52,780 nt of DNA from an uncultured bacterium (lineage in GTDB: Bacteria; Patescibacteriota; Kazan-3B-28), in NCBI GenBank assembly GCA_963695435.1, contig OY968788.1, positions 1-52,780 of the forward strand, in the 5' to 3' direction. The position numbers and the translations under genes are program-made. Position 1 is the stretch's first letter; each line of letters starts with the position of its first letter. This document shows, in pieces, positions 18,436 to 28,684 of the stretch. A model generated the notes under the pieces. It was given only the letters and a program-made list of their open reading frames with translations, did not search any database and was not told the origin of the DNA.

Positions 18436-19587
18436 TTACTTCGTCGACGGGGAAGAATCTAAGACTTTCCGATAGACCGCGAGAGTTTCCCGAGCCATCT
18501 TGGCAAAAGAGTATTTGCGAACCTGCATTTCGGCTCGTTCTTTGAGCTCGTATTTTAGTTTGTGGCTGGTGGCAAACTGGTATAGCTTGGCGGCGATATC
18601 TTCAACATTCAGAGGGTCAAAGTAGAGAGCGGCGTCTCCCAAAATCTCTGGCATCACTGAAACATTGGAAGAAATAACTGGCGTGCCTTGGATCATCGCT
18701 TCCAAAGGCGGCAAGCCAAACCCTTCATAAAGAGAGGGGAAAACAAATGCTTCGGCGGCTGAATAAAAGTCCGGCAGAGAAGAATCTGAAACATACCCGG
18801 TAGTAATTACCGCATCCTGCAGCCCAAGCTGTTTGATGGTAGCGGGAATTTCGGGCGAAAGAGGATCGCGCTGACCAACTATTACTAGCTGATGATCCAA
18901 ATTGTAGCGCCGGCGCAAAATTGCAAAGGCACGGATCAGCCGGACTAGATTTTTATGAGCCCGCCACTGCCCAACATATAAAAAGAAGGGGGCGGTAATG
19001 TTGTATTTCGATTTGATCATTTCTATCCTAGCGGGGTCTGCTTGGTAATGGATTCTCGGCGCCACTCCTTCGTAAATTACATCAATGCGTTCGGGATCTA
19101 CCCCCAAATATTTCACGATGTCCTGCTTGGTACCTTCTGACACGGCGATAATTCGGGACGCGTTCCGACAGGATCTTGAGATTACATATCGATAAATCCA
19201 TTTGACGAAGGGGCTTTTATTTTTTCTTCCTGGGTAAAACCACAAAGTCAGGTCGTGAATAGTGACGACGCTTTTGACTCTCCTAAACCAAGCCGGGGAG
19301 TTGAAGTTGGTGTAGTGAATGAGGTCAAGGTTGGCTCTTCCCAGCACACGAGGGTAGAACAATTGCTCCCCGTAGGTATAGTGCCGATACGGTACCGCAA
19401 CTTTGGTCAAGTTGGGAGAGTAGAAAGGGAACACTGCTGCGGTTTCCGGCGTAACAAAAGCGGTGTAGTCCTCTTCGGGATCAATTTTTATGAGATTCCC
19501 TATCAGCTCTTCGGTGTATGTACCAATCCCGGCCGCTTGCGCGGTGCCGAATAGTCGGGCGTCTATACCGATGCGGTGGTTGGTCAT
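18436..19587 (-). CDS. Glycosyltransferase, GT-B fold (GT4-like)
   Basis: The motif [18 protein letters not shown] (E-x7-E) lies in the C-terminal half. Confidence 0.85.
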   Translation of the reverse strand: MTNHRIGIDARLFGTAQAAGIGTYTEELIGNLIKIDPEEDYTAFVTPETAAVFPFYSPNLTKVAVPYRHYTYGEQLFYPRVLGRANLDLIHYTNFNSPAWFRRVKSVVTIHDLTLWFYPGRKNKSPFVKWIYRYVISRSCRNASRIIAVSEGTKQDIVKYLGVDPERIDVIYEGVAPRIHYQADPARIEMIKSKYNITAPFFLYVGQWRAHKNLVRLIRAFAILRRRYNLDHQLVIVGQRDPLSPEIPATIKQLGLQDAVITTGYVSDSSLPDFYSAAEAFVFPSLYEGFGLPPLEAMIQGTPVISSNVSVMPEILGDAALYFDPLNVEDIAAKLYQFATSHKLKYELKERAEMQVRKYSFAKMARETLAVYRKVLDSSPSTK

Positions 19588-20816
19588 TGGGCGAAGGTTT
19601 TAGTTCGACTATTTACCGCGGCTAACGCCAAAATTATCCAAAATAAATAAGACAAATCGTTTTTCCAGTAAGGAGTGTCTACCAACCCGTGAACAAGAAT
19701 GGCAACCATTGCGGCAGTGAGGGGGATGGCCCAGGACGCAGGACAGTTTTTTAGAAACACAAAGAATTTAACCACTAGCCATACAAAACCAGCCAGCCCC
19801 GCTATCCCTAAGTTCAATAAAAATTGGAGGTAAAGATTGTGAGCGTGAAGCATCCCTGCTTCTAGCGGCTTGGGATACAGCCGAGTAACAAATTCGGGGT
19901 AGCGCGCGGGATATTGTCCCAGCCCGATGCCAGTGAGCCACTTTTCTTTTGCCATAAGCAAATCCGTTGCCCATACTTGCAGCCGTACGCTTACGGAGGA
20001 TTGGGTGGCAATATTTATCATCCGCTCAACCCGCTCGCTGGTAATTTGGGTGGCGGCTGCGATAAGCGCTATTGCCCCTCCGCCAACCCAGAATTGCCAT
20101 CGGTGGCGAAATTGCCAAATTCCTAAAACTAATCCGCCGACTATTAGAGCCAACCAGCCACCATAAGAAAAGGAAAAGAAAACCGCGAGTGCTCCAAGGA
20201 CAAATGATATCCAAAACCAAATTTGATAAAGACGGGATTTTGAATTTAGCAGCCAGTAGGTGCTAACCAGTAGAATTGGTACCAAATAAAGTGAAAGATA
20301 GTTGGCGGAAGCAAGCCAAGCCGATGCCCGATGATCGACAGTAATGAAGTTGCCCGTCGCTACTTGGTAGAGCGCAACTATGGAAAGCGCTAATGCCGAC
20401 AGCATTAGCGCGTTCACCAAAGAACTTATTTGTTTCCGCTCAAACATGACCAATGTCATCCCATATAACAAAATTGGGCTGACAAACCAGCCCTTCACAA
20501 TACCCAAACTTAGCCGCAGGTCGGTTGATACTATCGTACCGATAACTAGCCCCACCAATATTAGTATTAGTGGGATGGTGAGCGGGGAGTAGGTTTTTAC
20601 CAACGCTTTCAGGCGAGCAAGAGGTGAGGGGATTAGCCAACCGATAAACATTCCCCACAACATTACTTCTACTACCGTGGTGGGGATGGGCCCAATATTC
20701 AATTTGATGACATAGGTGGGTATGGCAAAGACTACCAGCCAAACCCCAACGCGAGGGGAGCGCCAGCCTAGAATCACGGAAATAATAAAAATGATTAAAG
20801 GAAGCCAGCTATTCAT
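19584..20816 (-). CDS. O-antigen ligase / Wzy-like polytopic membrane protein
   Basis: It has about 10-12 TM segments and the Wzy_C-type motif MLHAHNLYLQFLLNLGIAG. It overlaps both neighbouring genes. Confidence 0.75.
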   Translation of the reverse strand: MNSWLPLIIFIISVILGWRSPRVGVWLVVFAIPTYVIKLNIGPIPTTVVEVMLWGMFIGWLIPSPLARLKALVKTYSPLTIPLILILVGLVIGTIVSTDLRLSLGIVKGWFVSPILLYGMTLVMFERKQISSLVNALMLSALALSIVALYQVATGNFITVDHRASAWLASANYLSLYLVPILLVSTYWLLNSKSRLYQIWFWISFVLGALAVFFSFSYGGWLALIVGGLVLGIWQFRHRWQFWVGGGAIALIAAATQITSERVERMINIATQSSVSVRLQVWATDLLMAKEKWLTGIGLGQYPARYPEFVTRLYPKPLEAGMLHAHNLYLQFLLNLGIAGLAGFVWLVVKFFVFLKNCPASWAIPLTAAMVAILVHGLVDTPYWKNDLSYLFWIILALAAVNSRTKTFAQ

Positions 20817-21894
20817 ATTTGTGTAAAGTCGCGGTAGTTAATGAAAGGGTTTTTACCCAGCTAAAGTTTTTGGCTCGAGCCAACCCCTTGGCTCTCAAGG
20901 ATTCCCGCAGACTTTGTGAAGTAACAACTTGATACATTGCTTCCGCCAACGCGTTGGTGTCTGTGGGGGGGATCAGAATAGCGGCATCGCCAACAGTTTC
21001 TGGCAGGGAAGCACTGACACTGGTGATCACGGGAGTCCCGCAGGCCATCGCTTCCAAAGGCGGCAAGCCAAACCCTTCATAAAGAGAAGGGAAGACAAAG
21101 CCAGTCGCTAAATTATATATCAACGGGCGATCACCATCTTCAATATACCCGGTGATGACGGTGTCCGAATAAGTCTTGTCGCCCGTGTGCCAACCACGAG
21201 CTCCCGCCAATACCAGTTTGGTATCGGGGATCCTGTGGGCAATTCTCTGGTAGGCTTCTATTAGCCGTTCAATATTTTTGCGGGGCTCTAATGTACCTAG
21301 ATAAAGAATAAATTTGGCGGGCAAATTGTATCTTTGCTGAAGCTGGGTAATTGCTTTAGGGCTCACCGACATTGGTTGGAATTGTGACCCGGCAGAAAGA
21401 GGAGTAACAGTAATTTTGTTTACTGGAACATGGAAAATTGCTATCGCTTCTTGTTTGGTAAATTCAGAAATTGCTATCAGGTGATTTGAATATCGAAGCG
21501 ATGGAGCCATAAATAGTTTTTCGAGCATTACCGCTTTGGGCAAATGAGTGGTGGGAAATCGCCAGACGGTAAAATCAAAAATGGTGGTGATGGTTTTCAC
21601 CGACCTGACAAGAGAGGGGACGATAAGACTGGTGGTGGAAAAATATAATTTAGCTGGTCGGCAAAATTCCAACCAAAGAACGACCAAAAAATGCCACCAC
21701 AACCCCCGCGCTGGGATAACAACCGCTTTCCATTTGCCAACGGGCATCGCGATTTGCTGACCCCGTTCAATAACCAGGATCAATTCGTCGTCGAGGTTCG
21801 CTGAAATCCAAGCGTTTACTAGCTGCCAAACATACTCACCCTTGCCGGCGCGTTTTTCTTTTGCCCCTTCGCGAAAATCAATTGCTATTTTCAT
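20809..21894 (-). CDS. Glycosyltransferase, GT-B fold (GT4-like)
   Basis: It carries [25 protein letters not shown], a paralogous motif to the one in 18436-19587. Confidence 0.85.
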   Translation of the reverse strand: MKIAIDFREGAKEKRAGKGEYVWQLVNAWISANLDDELILVIERGQQIAMPVGKWKAVVIPARGLWWHFLVVLWLEFCRPAKLYFSTTSLIVPSLVRSVKTITTIFDFTVWRFPTTHLPKAVMLEKLFMAPSLRYSNHLIAISEFTKQEAIAIFHVPVNKITVTPLSAGSQFQPMSVSPKAITQLQQRYNLPAKFILYLGTLEPRKNIERLIEAYQRIAHRIPDTKLVLAGARGWHTGDKTYSDTVITGYIEDGDRPLIYNLATGFVFPSLYEGFGLPPLEAMACGTPVITSVSASLPETVGDAAILIPPTDTNALAEAMYQVVTSQSLRESLRAKGLARAKNFSWVKTLSLTTATLHKYE

Positions 21895-23324
21895 TACTTT
21901 ATTAGTTTTAGCTCTCGTAACATTTCTCTGGGCACGGCTTTGATGGCAACAATGGTGGCGCCGTAGACCGCCCCGCCCAGTAGGATGTTGAGAATTATGT
22001 TATCTAGCTTCAGCCAGTACATCACTCCTGCCATTACTGCGCTAGCGATCAGCGCTTTCAGCGTAACAACCCAAGCGGGGGTAATCCGCAGCAACCGAAA
22101 AACCAAGAAGCCGGCATACACCATCACCAAAGCTTCTGTTGCAACTGTAATATAGGAAGCTCCAATGTACGAGTAGCGAGGGATGAGAATAATGTTGGCA
22201 GCAATGTTGAAAACAGTGGCAACCAGGTAGGGGAGGGTGAGCCACGCTTGGCGACCGGCAGCGATGATGGTGTAATTTAGCACCGACCCAAAAAACGACA
22301 TCAAGACAGCCCAAATTATAATTTGCAAAGCTAGGCCGGAGGGGGCAAAATCCTTCCCGGCAATGGCAACCATCAGCGGGGTACTAATTACCATTGTTCC
22401 TACCACGATCGGGAAACCCAAGAGCGCGGAAACATCGAAAGCTTTTCGGAAAATTCGAAATGTCGCTTCTTTGTTTTCGTTCCACGCCTTAGTTAGAATC
22501 GGGAAGACCGAACTCATAAAAATGGTCGGTACCGAAAGTGCTACATCCACTACTTTGTACGGAGTAGTATAAATCCCAACCGCATAATCTCCCTTCATAA
22601 GCGACAAAATAACCGAATCAATACGGAAGTAGATCGTAGCCAATACCACTACCGCTCCCAGTGGAGCCGCTTGTTTGATAAAGTGCCACCAATATTTGAT
22701 ATCCCAATAAGGGATGATCGGTCTTTGTGGCCAAATCAAGGCCGTTTGAATAATAAAAGCCGTTACATTGGCGATGGTTGCGGAAACGACAATCCCCATA
22801 ACGCCCTGACCAGCACGAATAGCCCAAACAACCAGCCCGATATAAATTAGCCTGGTAATGATATTGGTGATTGCCACCCGATCCATTTGCAAACGAGCCT
22901 GAAACATGCTCACGGGGACGAGAGCAAAACTTAACGAGGCTTGCGAAATAGCGCCTATCAACACGCCGGTAGTGATGATCGGGTCGTGATACAAAAAGAT
23001 CGCCGCGACATAGGCAGCGCTAAACACAATTACACTAAGGGCTAGCTTCAGCCCCATTACATTACCGATGATGTAACCTTCGCGCTCTGGGGTTTTGGCA
23101 ATTTCACGGATTTGCAGAAGGAAGAACCCAAAATCTAAGACCACCCCAAAAAGTCCGAGGTAAGCAAAGATCAAATTGTATTTGCCCATCCCGATTACCC
23201 CCAAATAACGAGCGATGTACGCCAGGGCAACTATAGAAATGATCGTTACTATGGCGCGAGAGGCGATTTGGACGACGGTGTTGTAGGCAATTTTGCGTGT
23301 GTTACTACTCATGGCTTCTTTCAA
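21894..23324 (-). CDS. Polysaccharide biosynthesis / flippase protein (MOP superfamily, Wzx-like)
   Basis: The 476-aa protein has about 14 hydrophobic segments. The N-terminal pattern NTVVQIASRAIVTIISIVALAYIARYLG is typical of Wzx-like exporters. Confidence 0.75.
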   Translation of the reverse strand: MKEAMSSNTRKIAYNTVVQIASRAIVTIISIVALAYIARYLGVIGMGKYNLIFAYLGLFGVVLDFGFFLLQIREIAKTPEREGYIIGNVMGLKLALSVIVFSAAYVAAIFLYHDPIITTGVLIGAISQASLSFALVPVSMFQARLQMDRVAITNIITRLIYIGLVVWAIRAGQGVMGIVVSATIANVTAFIIQTALIWPQRPIIPYWDIKYWWHFIKQAAPLGAVVVLATIYFRIDSVILSLMKGDYAVGIYTTPYKVVDVALSVPTIFMSSVFPILTKAWNENKEATFRIFRKAFDVSALLGFPIVVGTMVISTPLMVAIAGKDFAPSGLALQIIIWAVLMSFFGSVLNYTIIAAGRQAWLTLPYLVATVFNIAANIILIPRYSYIGASYITVATEALVMVYAGFLVFRLLRITPAWVVTLKALIASAVMAGVMYWLKLDNIILNILLGGAVYGATIVAIKAVPREMLRELKLIK

Positions 23325-23898
23325 TTACCGCTAAGTATTGGATGGGTCTGCGCCAAAGCCATGGACGAGGGAAGCGCTTGGGAGAATAGTAGTAACTTTT
23401 AGTTACACCAAACTCCGAAAGGATCTTTCCCCAATGATGTTTGTCCATCAATCTTTCGTCTCCAAAATCCCGCCTTGGGTACCAGTGATTGGGGACCGAC
23501 AAAACTACTCTACGCGCTACCCGTAGCTGCTCGGCGAGTATTCGCCGAATGTCGCTATCTGAAAAGTGCTCCATCAGCCCTTGATGAAAAATCAAATCAA
23601 AAGTGTTGTCACCGTAGGGCAAATGAAAAGTGTCTGCCACCTCGAATTTGGCGGAAGAGTGAAGCTCGGCAGCTTCCGTCTCTGCTTTAGCAACAACTTC
23701 GGGGTCAATATCGATACCTGTGATGTCCAGCCCTAGCCAGCCCAAAAAAATGCTCATCCCGCCGCTACCAGTACCAACTTCCAAAATTTTACTCGGCCGA
23801 AAATTGATTATTTCTATCAAGAAATCTTTCTGGCTGTAAAGATTTCCCAATAACCCCTCCAGAGTAAGCGGAGCTTGATAATAGTTATGCCAACTCAT
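23305..23898 (-). CDS. Class I SAM-dependent methyltransferase
   Basis: It has motif I ILEVGTGSGG and the acidic loop DIDPE. Confidence 0.8.
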   Translation of the reverse strand: MSWHNYYQAPLTLEGLLGNLYSQKDFLIEIINFRPSKILEVGTGSGGMSIFLGWLGLDITGIDIDPEVVAKAETEAAELHSSAKFEVADTFHLPYGDNTFDLIFHQGLMEHFSDSDIRRILAEQLRVARRVVLSVPNHWYPRRDFGDERLMDKHHWGKILSEFGVTKSYYYSPKRFPRPWLWRRPIQYLAVIERSHE

Positions 23899-23907
23899 TT
23901 TAAAAAG

Positions 23908-24375
23908 TTATCCGGCTAATTTTACGACTATCCGACGCTCTATCCCTTCGCCTTCGCTATCACTAGTGATGTCTTTCTCTTCCACTAGAGCCATGTGGAT
24001 CAGGCGGCGTTCGTAGGATGACATCGGAGGAAGATACACCGCCATCTTGGTGGCTCGGGCTTGCTGAACTGCGTCTTTGGCAACTTGAGTAAGACGGTTG
24101 TTTTGGTATTGTTGAAACCCGCCAATGTTGAGTGACACCGTAAGTTTGGTTTCGGGGAAGTCGTGTCTTAGAATTACCCGAAGCAGGTGTTGAAGAGCAA
24201 GCAGGGGGTCGGCTGTCCCGCGGATAAATAAATCGTCTTTGCCCGTTTTTACATCTACCGCCAAAACATCATCATCTTTAGTGATAACAATATCCGGCTG
24301 TAGATTAAAATACTCGAGCAGGTTTACAAGCCGCTCTTTTAACTTTTCGTCCACTTGAGTGTCTGTTTTAACCAT
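23908..24375 (-). CDS. jag: Jag/KhpB-like RNA-binding protein (KH-like plus R3H)
   Basis: It has the R3H signature SYERRLIHMALVEE. It lies directly downstream of yidC, the conserved position. Confidence 0.8.
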   Translation of the reverse strand: MVKTDTQVDEKLKERLVNLLEYFNLQPDIVITKDDDVLAVDVKTGKDDLFIRGTADPLLALQHLLRVILRHDFPETKLTVSLNIGGFQQYQNNRLTQVAKDAVQQARATKMAVYLPPMSSYERRLIHMALVEEKDITSDSEGEGIERRIVVKLAG

Positions 24376-25156
24376 GGTGAGTAACCTCCGCTATCTTTTC
24401 CTCCTGTCGGTCTAATATAGCAAAAACCCAGATTTGTTCCAGTGTCATGATTATTGTGGTGGTTGCCCAGTAGAGACTTAGGGCGGAGGGGAGGGTCAGC
24501 GCCAACCCTAGCGTGACGAACGGGAATACCAGCATGAATATCAATTGGGTATTCATCCCACCTATTTTTTGGGTGCTAGTGCTAGTACGGCGCGCTGTAA
24601 CCCAACTTTGCAGAAGTTGCGCCAGCCCGGCAATAATAGCCAAGTAAACATTTCTAGTGGTGAGATCTATTACAAGTGGGGAGATGTGAGTAAATGCCAA
24701 AAATGTTGTGTGGAGTTGCTGGGGCGCATTGGGGAACCATGAATATAGGTGCGCCAAGCTACTGTTATCTAGCCCCGCGATGAATACGCGGTAAAGCGCG
24801 AACACTATCGGCAATTGGATGATGAGGGGCAAGCAAGAACCAAGAGGGTTGACCTTGTGTTCTTTGTAAATTTTCATCATCTCTTCGGATTGTTTCTTCT
24901 GGTCGTCTTTGAATTCAACTTTGATTTTATCAATGTAGGGCTGAATTTTTTGGATATCGCGCTGAGCTTTCAAAGTATTCCGATAAGACGGGTGAAGAAT
25001 TGCTCGAGTAAGTAAAGTAATCGCAATGATCGCAAGGCCTAAGTCTTGTCCGGGGATATAGACATAAAGCAGCACTAAAATATTTAGAATGGGTACATAC
25101 AAAAGTTTGCCCATCCATCCGCTCCACATTGCATCAGTAATTTTTGGTGTGTTCAT
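24368..25156 (-). CDS. yidC: Membrane protein insertase YidC (short, Oxa1-like form)
   Basis: The 262-aa protein has 5 TM segments. It contains NPLGSCLPLIIQLPIVFALY and sits between yidD and jag. Confidence 0.9.
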   Translation of the reverse strand: MNTPKITDAMWSGWMGKLLYVPILNILVLLYVYIPGQDLGLAIIAITLLTRAILHPSYRNTLKAQRDIQKIQPYIDKIKVEFKDDQKKQSEEMMKIYKEHKVNPLGSCLPLIIQLPIVFALYRVFIAGLDNSSLAHLYSWFPNAPQQLHTTFLAFTHISPLVIDLTTRNVYLAIIAGLAQLLQSWVTARRTSTSTQKIGGMNTQLIFMLVFPFVTLGLALTLPSALSLYWATTTIIMTLEQIWVFAILDRQEEKIAEVTHHG

Positions 25157-25158
25157 TA

Positions 25159-25407
25159 TTAGTTATTTTCTCTAGCTGGAACGGGGTCGGCTCCGATTGG
25201 TGCCCATGGATGACAGCGAGAAACTCGGGCGACCGCCAAAAATGTTCCTTTCATTATGCCGTATTCTTCAATCGCTTGTTTGGCATACTCACTACAAGTT
25301 GGCTGATACCGACAGTGCCCTGTAGGGTACAAACCATTAAGCCAACCGTGGTCGCGGGAAAGGGTTTTTTGATATAGGGTAATGAGACTAACTATTATTT
25401 CTTTCAT
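25159..25407 (-). CDS. yidD: Membrane protein insertion efficiency factor YidD
   Basis: It has the CRYQPTCSEYA motif and CHPW. Confidence 0.9.
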   Translation of the reverse strand: MKEIIVSLITLYQKTLSRDHGWLNGLYPTGHCRYQPTCSEYAKQAIEEYGIMKGTFLAVARVSRCHPWAPIGADPVPARENN

Positions 25408-25709
25408 TAAATTTGAGAGAGGATGCTGCCGAGGGTTTTCTTCAGTTCGGCGAAAGACAGTTCCAGCAATTCTTTTTTGACGATTACCGCTACGGCGCGG
25501 TTAGTTACTTGAGCTCCCTTGATGATCTCTCTGATTTGTCGGCGCAAACGGTTCCTGACAGTAGCCCGTTTGTCGACTTTCTGGCTGACCACGATCCGGG
25601 GGCGAGGAGGATGGAGAATTTTTAGGTAATACAAGACAAATCCTCGCCGGCTAACCCTGGTACCCCGACGCGTAACTCGATCCATCACATCATTCGCGGC
25701 CTTGGGCAT
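25407..25709 (-). CDS. rnpA: Ribonuclease P protein component
   Basis: This is a 100-aa basic protein directly downstream of rpmH. It contains RNRLRRQIRE, an RNR-like motif. Confidence 0.85.
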   Translation of the reverse strand: MPKAANDVMDRVTRRGTRVSRRGFVLYYLKILHPPRPRIVVSQKVDKRATVRNRLRRQIREIIKGAQVTNRAVAVIVKKELLELSFAELKKTLGSILSQI

Positions 25710-25719
25710 AGGTAACCCC

Positions 25720-25854
25720 TTAGACGCTAAGTTTCTTGCGCCCCTTGAGACGACGGCGTTTGACCACCTTCTGCCCGCCGGCCGAACTCATCCGAGCACG
25801 AAAACCATGGGCATTGCGGCGTTTACGCTTGTTGGGTTGGTATGTCCTTTTCAT
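25720..25854 (-). CDS. rpmH: 50S ribosomal protein L34
   Basis: The gene is absent from the ORF track because it is under 60 aa. My reverse-strand translation is [44 protein letters not shown] followed by a stop. Confidence 0.9.
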   Translation of the reverse strand: MKRTYQPNKRKRRNAHGFRARMSSAGGQKVVKRRRLKGRKKLSV

Positions 25855-25876
25855 AAAACTTGTCTGGTACTTCACC

Positions 25877-25906
25877 AGTATATTCTGTGGTTCTCCCAAT
25901 GGTCAA
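25877..25906 (-). promoter_or_regulatory. Candidate sigma70-type promoter for the rpmH operon
   Basis: On the minus strand: TTGACC (25901-25906), an 18-nt spacer, then TATACT (25877-25882). The rpmH ATG follows 22 nt downstream. Confidence 0.5.
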
Positions 25907-25958
25907 TTTACCAGGGGTGACAAATCGCCTCGAGTCGAAGTTTTGCCGCATATACAAA

Positions 25959-25967
25959 TGTGGATAA
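25959..25967. promoter_or_regulatory. Perfect DnaA box (TGTGGATAA, the complement of TTATCCACA) in the rpmH-dnaA spacer
   Basis: An exact 9-mer match to the consensus lies 43 nt upstream of the dnaA ATG. Confidence 0.7.
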
Positions 25968-26009
25968 CTTTGATAAATTGAACTGTGCTGGGGGGTAAAA
26001 AAGGGGAAT

Positions 26010-27392
26010 ATGCTAACGGACCAAGAAAAGCTGTGGCAAACCATTTTGGGTGAGATTGAAGTAGGGATGAGCCCTGCTAATTTTCAAACTTGGTTCAAAA
26101 GTACCGCGCTGGAAAGCGTGGATTTGGATAAGGGTGTGGCCGTAATTCGCGTACCAAATGATTTTACAAAGAGTTGGCTTCAGAAAAAATACCAGAAAGA
26201 GATTCATCGCTGTTTGACCAAACATGTAGGGAAGATGGTGGTGGTGCAATATGTTATTGGCATTCACAAACCAGAAGCTCGTCCTGAAAAAGCTACTCTA
26301 CCGATGTTTGAGCTCCAGCCAATTTCTACCAAATCAGCAAAGATTGAAGGCAACAAAGAGGTAAAGGAGGGGCTCAACCCACGATTTACTTTCGAGAGTT
26401 TCATTGTGGGAGAAAATAGCAAACTCTGTTATGCGGCGGCTGAAGCGGTCGCGAAAAAGCCAGGGGTCAATTACAACCCATTGTTTATTTACGGTGGGGT
26501 GGGGCTAGGGAAAACTCATCTGTTACAAGCTATCGGAAACGAAACTATCCAACTCAACCCCAAAGCGAAAGTGGTTTATGTTACCTCCGAAAGGTTTACC
26601 AACGAGATGGTGGATGCTATCCGCGGACAAAAGATGAAGGAATTCAAGGATAAGTACCGCAAGGTAGACTGTCTCCTAATTGACGACATCCAGTTTATTG
26701 CGAACAAGGAGCAAACCCAAGAAGAGTTTTTCCACACCTTCAACGCTCTTCACACCGCCGGAAAACAAATTGTGCTGACTTCCGACCGACCACCAAAAGC
26801 TATCCCGGCATTAGAGGAAAGGCTGCGCTCCCGGTTTGAGTGGGGGATGATCGCAGATATCGCAATTCCTTCTTATGAAACACGGCTGGCAATCTTACAA
26901 TCAAAGCTTGCTGGTCACGGCAAAGAATTATCCCAAGACATTTTGGAATACCTGGCAAAAGCCATCACCAATAATGTTCGGGAGCTGGAGGGAGCGCTTA
27001 CTCGTATCCTTGCGTATGCCGAGATAAACAACTCCACCCCCACGCTTGATGATGTGAAGGGTCTGATGGGTGGGATTCTAACGGCACCAGGGAAAAAGAT
27101 AGTTCGACCATCGGAAATTATCCGTGCCGTGGTTGCCCATTTCAATGTCAAAAAAGAAGATCTGACCGGTCGCCAGCGTACTCGGGACATTGTTATCCCG
27201 CGCCAGATCTTGGTTTATCTTCTTAGAGAAGAGGTGGATCTCCCCTATAAACAGATTGGGGCGGAGCTTGGGGGGAGAGACCATACAACAATCATGCATG
27301 ATTACAACAAAGTGCGGGATTTGATCCTGAAAAACGACCTGATTCATCAAGAAATCACCCAAATCAAAAATAAACTTTACGCTGTGGATTAG
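26010..27392 (+). CDS. dnaA: Chromosomal replication initiator DnaA
   Basis: It has the AAA+ Walker A GGVGLGKTHLLQAIG, Walker B LLIDDIQF, and a C-terminal DNA-binding domain (GGRDHTTIMH). Confidence 0.95.
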   Translation: MLTDQEKLWQTILGEIEVGMSPANFQTWFKSTALESVDLDKGVAVIRVPNDFTKSWLQKKYQKEIHRCLTKHVGKMVVVQYVIGIHKPEARPEKATLPMFELQPISTKSAKIEGNKEVKEGLNPRFTFESFIVGENSKLCYAAAEAVAKKPGVNYNPLFIYGGVGLGKTHLLQAIGNETIQLNPKAKVVYVTSERFTNEMVDAIRGQKMKEFKDKYRKVDCLLIDDIQFIANKEQTQEEFFHTFNALHTAGKQIVLTSDRPPKAIPALEERLRSRFEWGMIADIAIPSYETRLAILQSKLAGHGKELSQDILEYLAKAITNNVRELEGALTRILAYAEINNSTPTLDDVKGLMGGILTAPGKKIVRPSEIIRAVVAHFNVKKEDLTGRQRTRDIVIPRQILVYLLREEVDLPYKQIGAELGGRDHTTIMHDYNKVRDLILKNDLIHQEITQIKNKLYAVD

Positions 27393-27551
27393 TGGTGGAG
27401 TTATCTGGAGATATTGGAGTTGTCCACTATTTGTCCACCGTCCATCAACATTTTTAGCAATTTACCTCTTTGGGGAAGCTAGCCCCAGACTATAAAATTG
27501 AATTACTGCACTATATTCACCGCTCTATAACTACTGTTAATTTCTAATCTT
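27383..27551. promoter_or_regulatory. Candidate oriC segment: cluster of DnaA-box-like 9-mers followed by an AT-rich tract
   Basis: The box-like 9-mers are tgtggatta (27383-27391, 8/9 as complement), ttatctgga (27401-27409), ttgtccact (27420-27428) and ttgtccacc (27431-27439). About 110 nt of AT-rich sequence then runs up to the dnaN ATG. Confidence 0.55.
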
Positions 27552-28679
27552 ATGAATGAAAGTATTTCTATAAAGGGGGGTGTGGATATCCAAATATCTT
27601 TGGTATTGGATAAATTCAAAACCGCACTAAGTGGGGTGGAAAGAGTAGTTAGTTCAAGAAGTACTTTACCAATCTTGAATAATATATTGATTCGAGCAGA
27701 TAAGAGCGGGGTGGAGGTGGTAGCAACTGATTTGGAGATTGGAATAAAATTTTTCTTGGGCGGTAAGGTGGAACAAGAAGGGGTGATTACGGTACCAGGC
27801 AAGACCCTAATCAATCTAGTAAACAATCTTCACGGCGACACGATTACTCTTACAAGCAAGAGCAATGTTTTGGAAGTGGTGTGTGGAGAAACCAAAGCAA
27901 GTATCAACGGAATGCCAGCAGACGATTATCCTGTTATTCCACAAGTAGAGGGGGGGAAGCAGGTAAAACTAAAGACAGACTTGTTGGCTGGGTTACTTTC
28001 CGCGGTGGAATTTGCTGTTTCGCGAGACGAATCAAGACCAGTACTCACAGGTGTTTCTTTGGTGTCCAAAGAAGGAAAACTAACTGCGGCGGCAACGGAC
28101 AGTTATCGGTTGGGTGAAATAATCGCTGATGTTAATTTGGGGGAAGAGTTTGGGGTGGTAGTCCCAAGTAGAACTTTGCAAGAAGTGCGGAGGATAATGG
28201 GCGAGAGCGAAGAAATAGAGTTGAAGGTGGATGAAAACCAAGTAATGTTTGTTCTACCAAGCGCTAGTATTGTTTCGCGGATCATTGAGGGGGAGTATCC
28301 GCCGTACAAACAAATTATTCCTGCCAACCACACTTTGTCAGCCGAGTTTGATATTCAGGAAATGGCTGATGCTCTAAAGACTGCCGTCATATTTTCATTA
28401 GAAGGTTCCAATAGTGTCAAAATGAATATCAAGGCGGGTGGCGAAATTGAAGTGAGCTCGGAATCGTCTCAACTAGGAAACTTTGTGGCGAAAATTCCAG
28501 CCAAGATTGAGGGTGAGCCAACGGAAATAACTTTCAATGCTCGGTATGTGCTGGACGGGTTGAATAGTTTCGACACCATTAAATGTTCAATGGAGCTGGG
28601 CGGGAAAACATCACCAGGCGTATTTAGGCCTGTGGGAGCGGAAAATCGGCTCTACATTGTGATGCCGCTTAGAAGTTAA
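27552..28679 (+). CDS. dnaN: DNA polymerase III beta sliding clamp
   Basis: The 375-aa protein has three-domain length and the motifs STLPILNNILIRA, ATDSYRL and IIEGEYPPYKQIIP. The exact start codon is uncertain. Confidence 0.9.
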   Translation: MNESISIKGGVDIQISLVLDKFKTALSGVERVVSSRSTLPILNNILIRADKSGVEVVATDLEIGIKFFLGGKVEQEGVITVPGKTLINLVNNLHGDTITLTSKSNVLEVVCGETKASINGMPADDYPVIPQVEGGKQVKLKTDLLAGLLSAVEFAVSRDESRPVLTGVSLVSKEGKLTAAATDSYRLGEIIADVNLGEEFGVVVPSRTLQEVRRIMGESEEIELKVDENQVMFVLPSASIVSRIIEGEYPPYKQIIPANHTLSAEFDIQEMADALKTAVIFSLEGSNSVKMNIKAGGEIEVSSESSQLGNFVAKIPAKIEGEPTEITFNARYVLDGLNSFDTIKCSMELGGKTSPGVFRPVGAENRLYIVMPLRS

Positions 28680-28684
28680 CTTTA

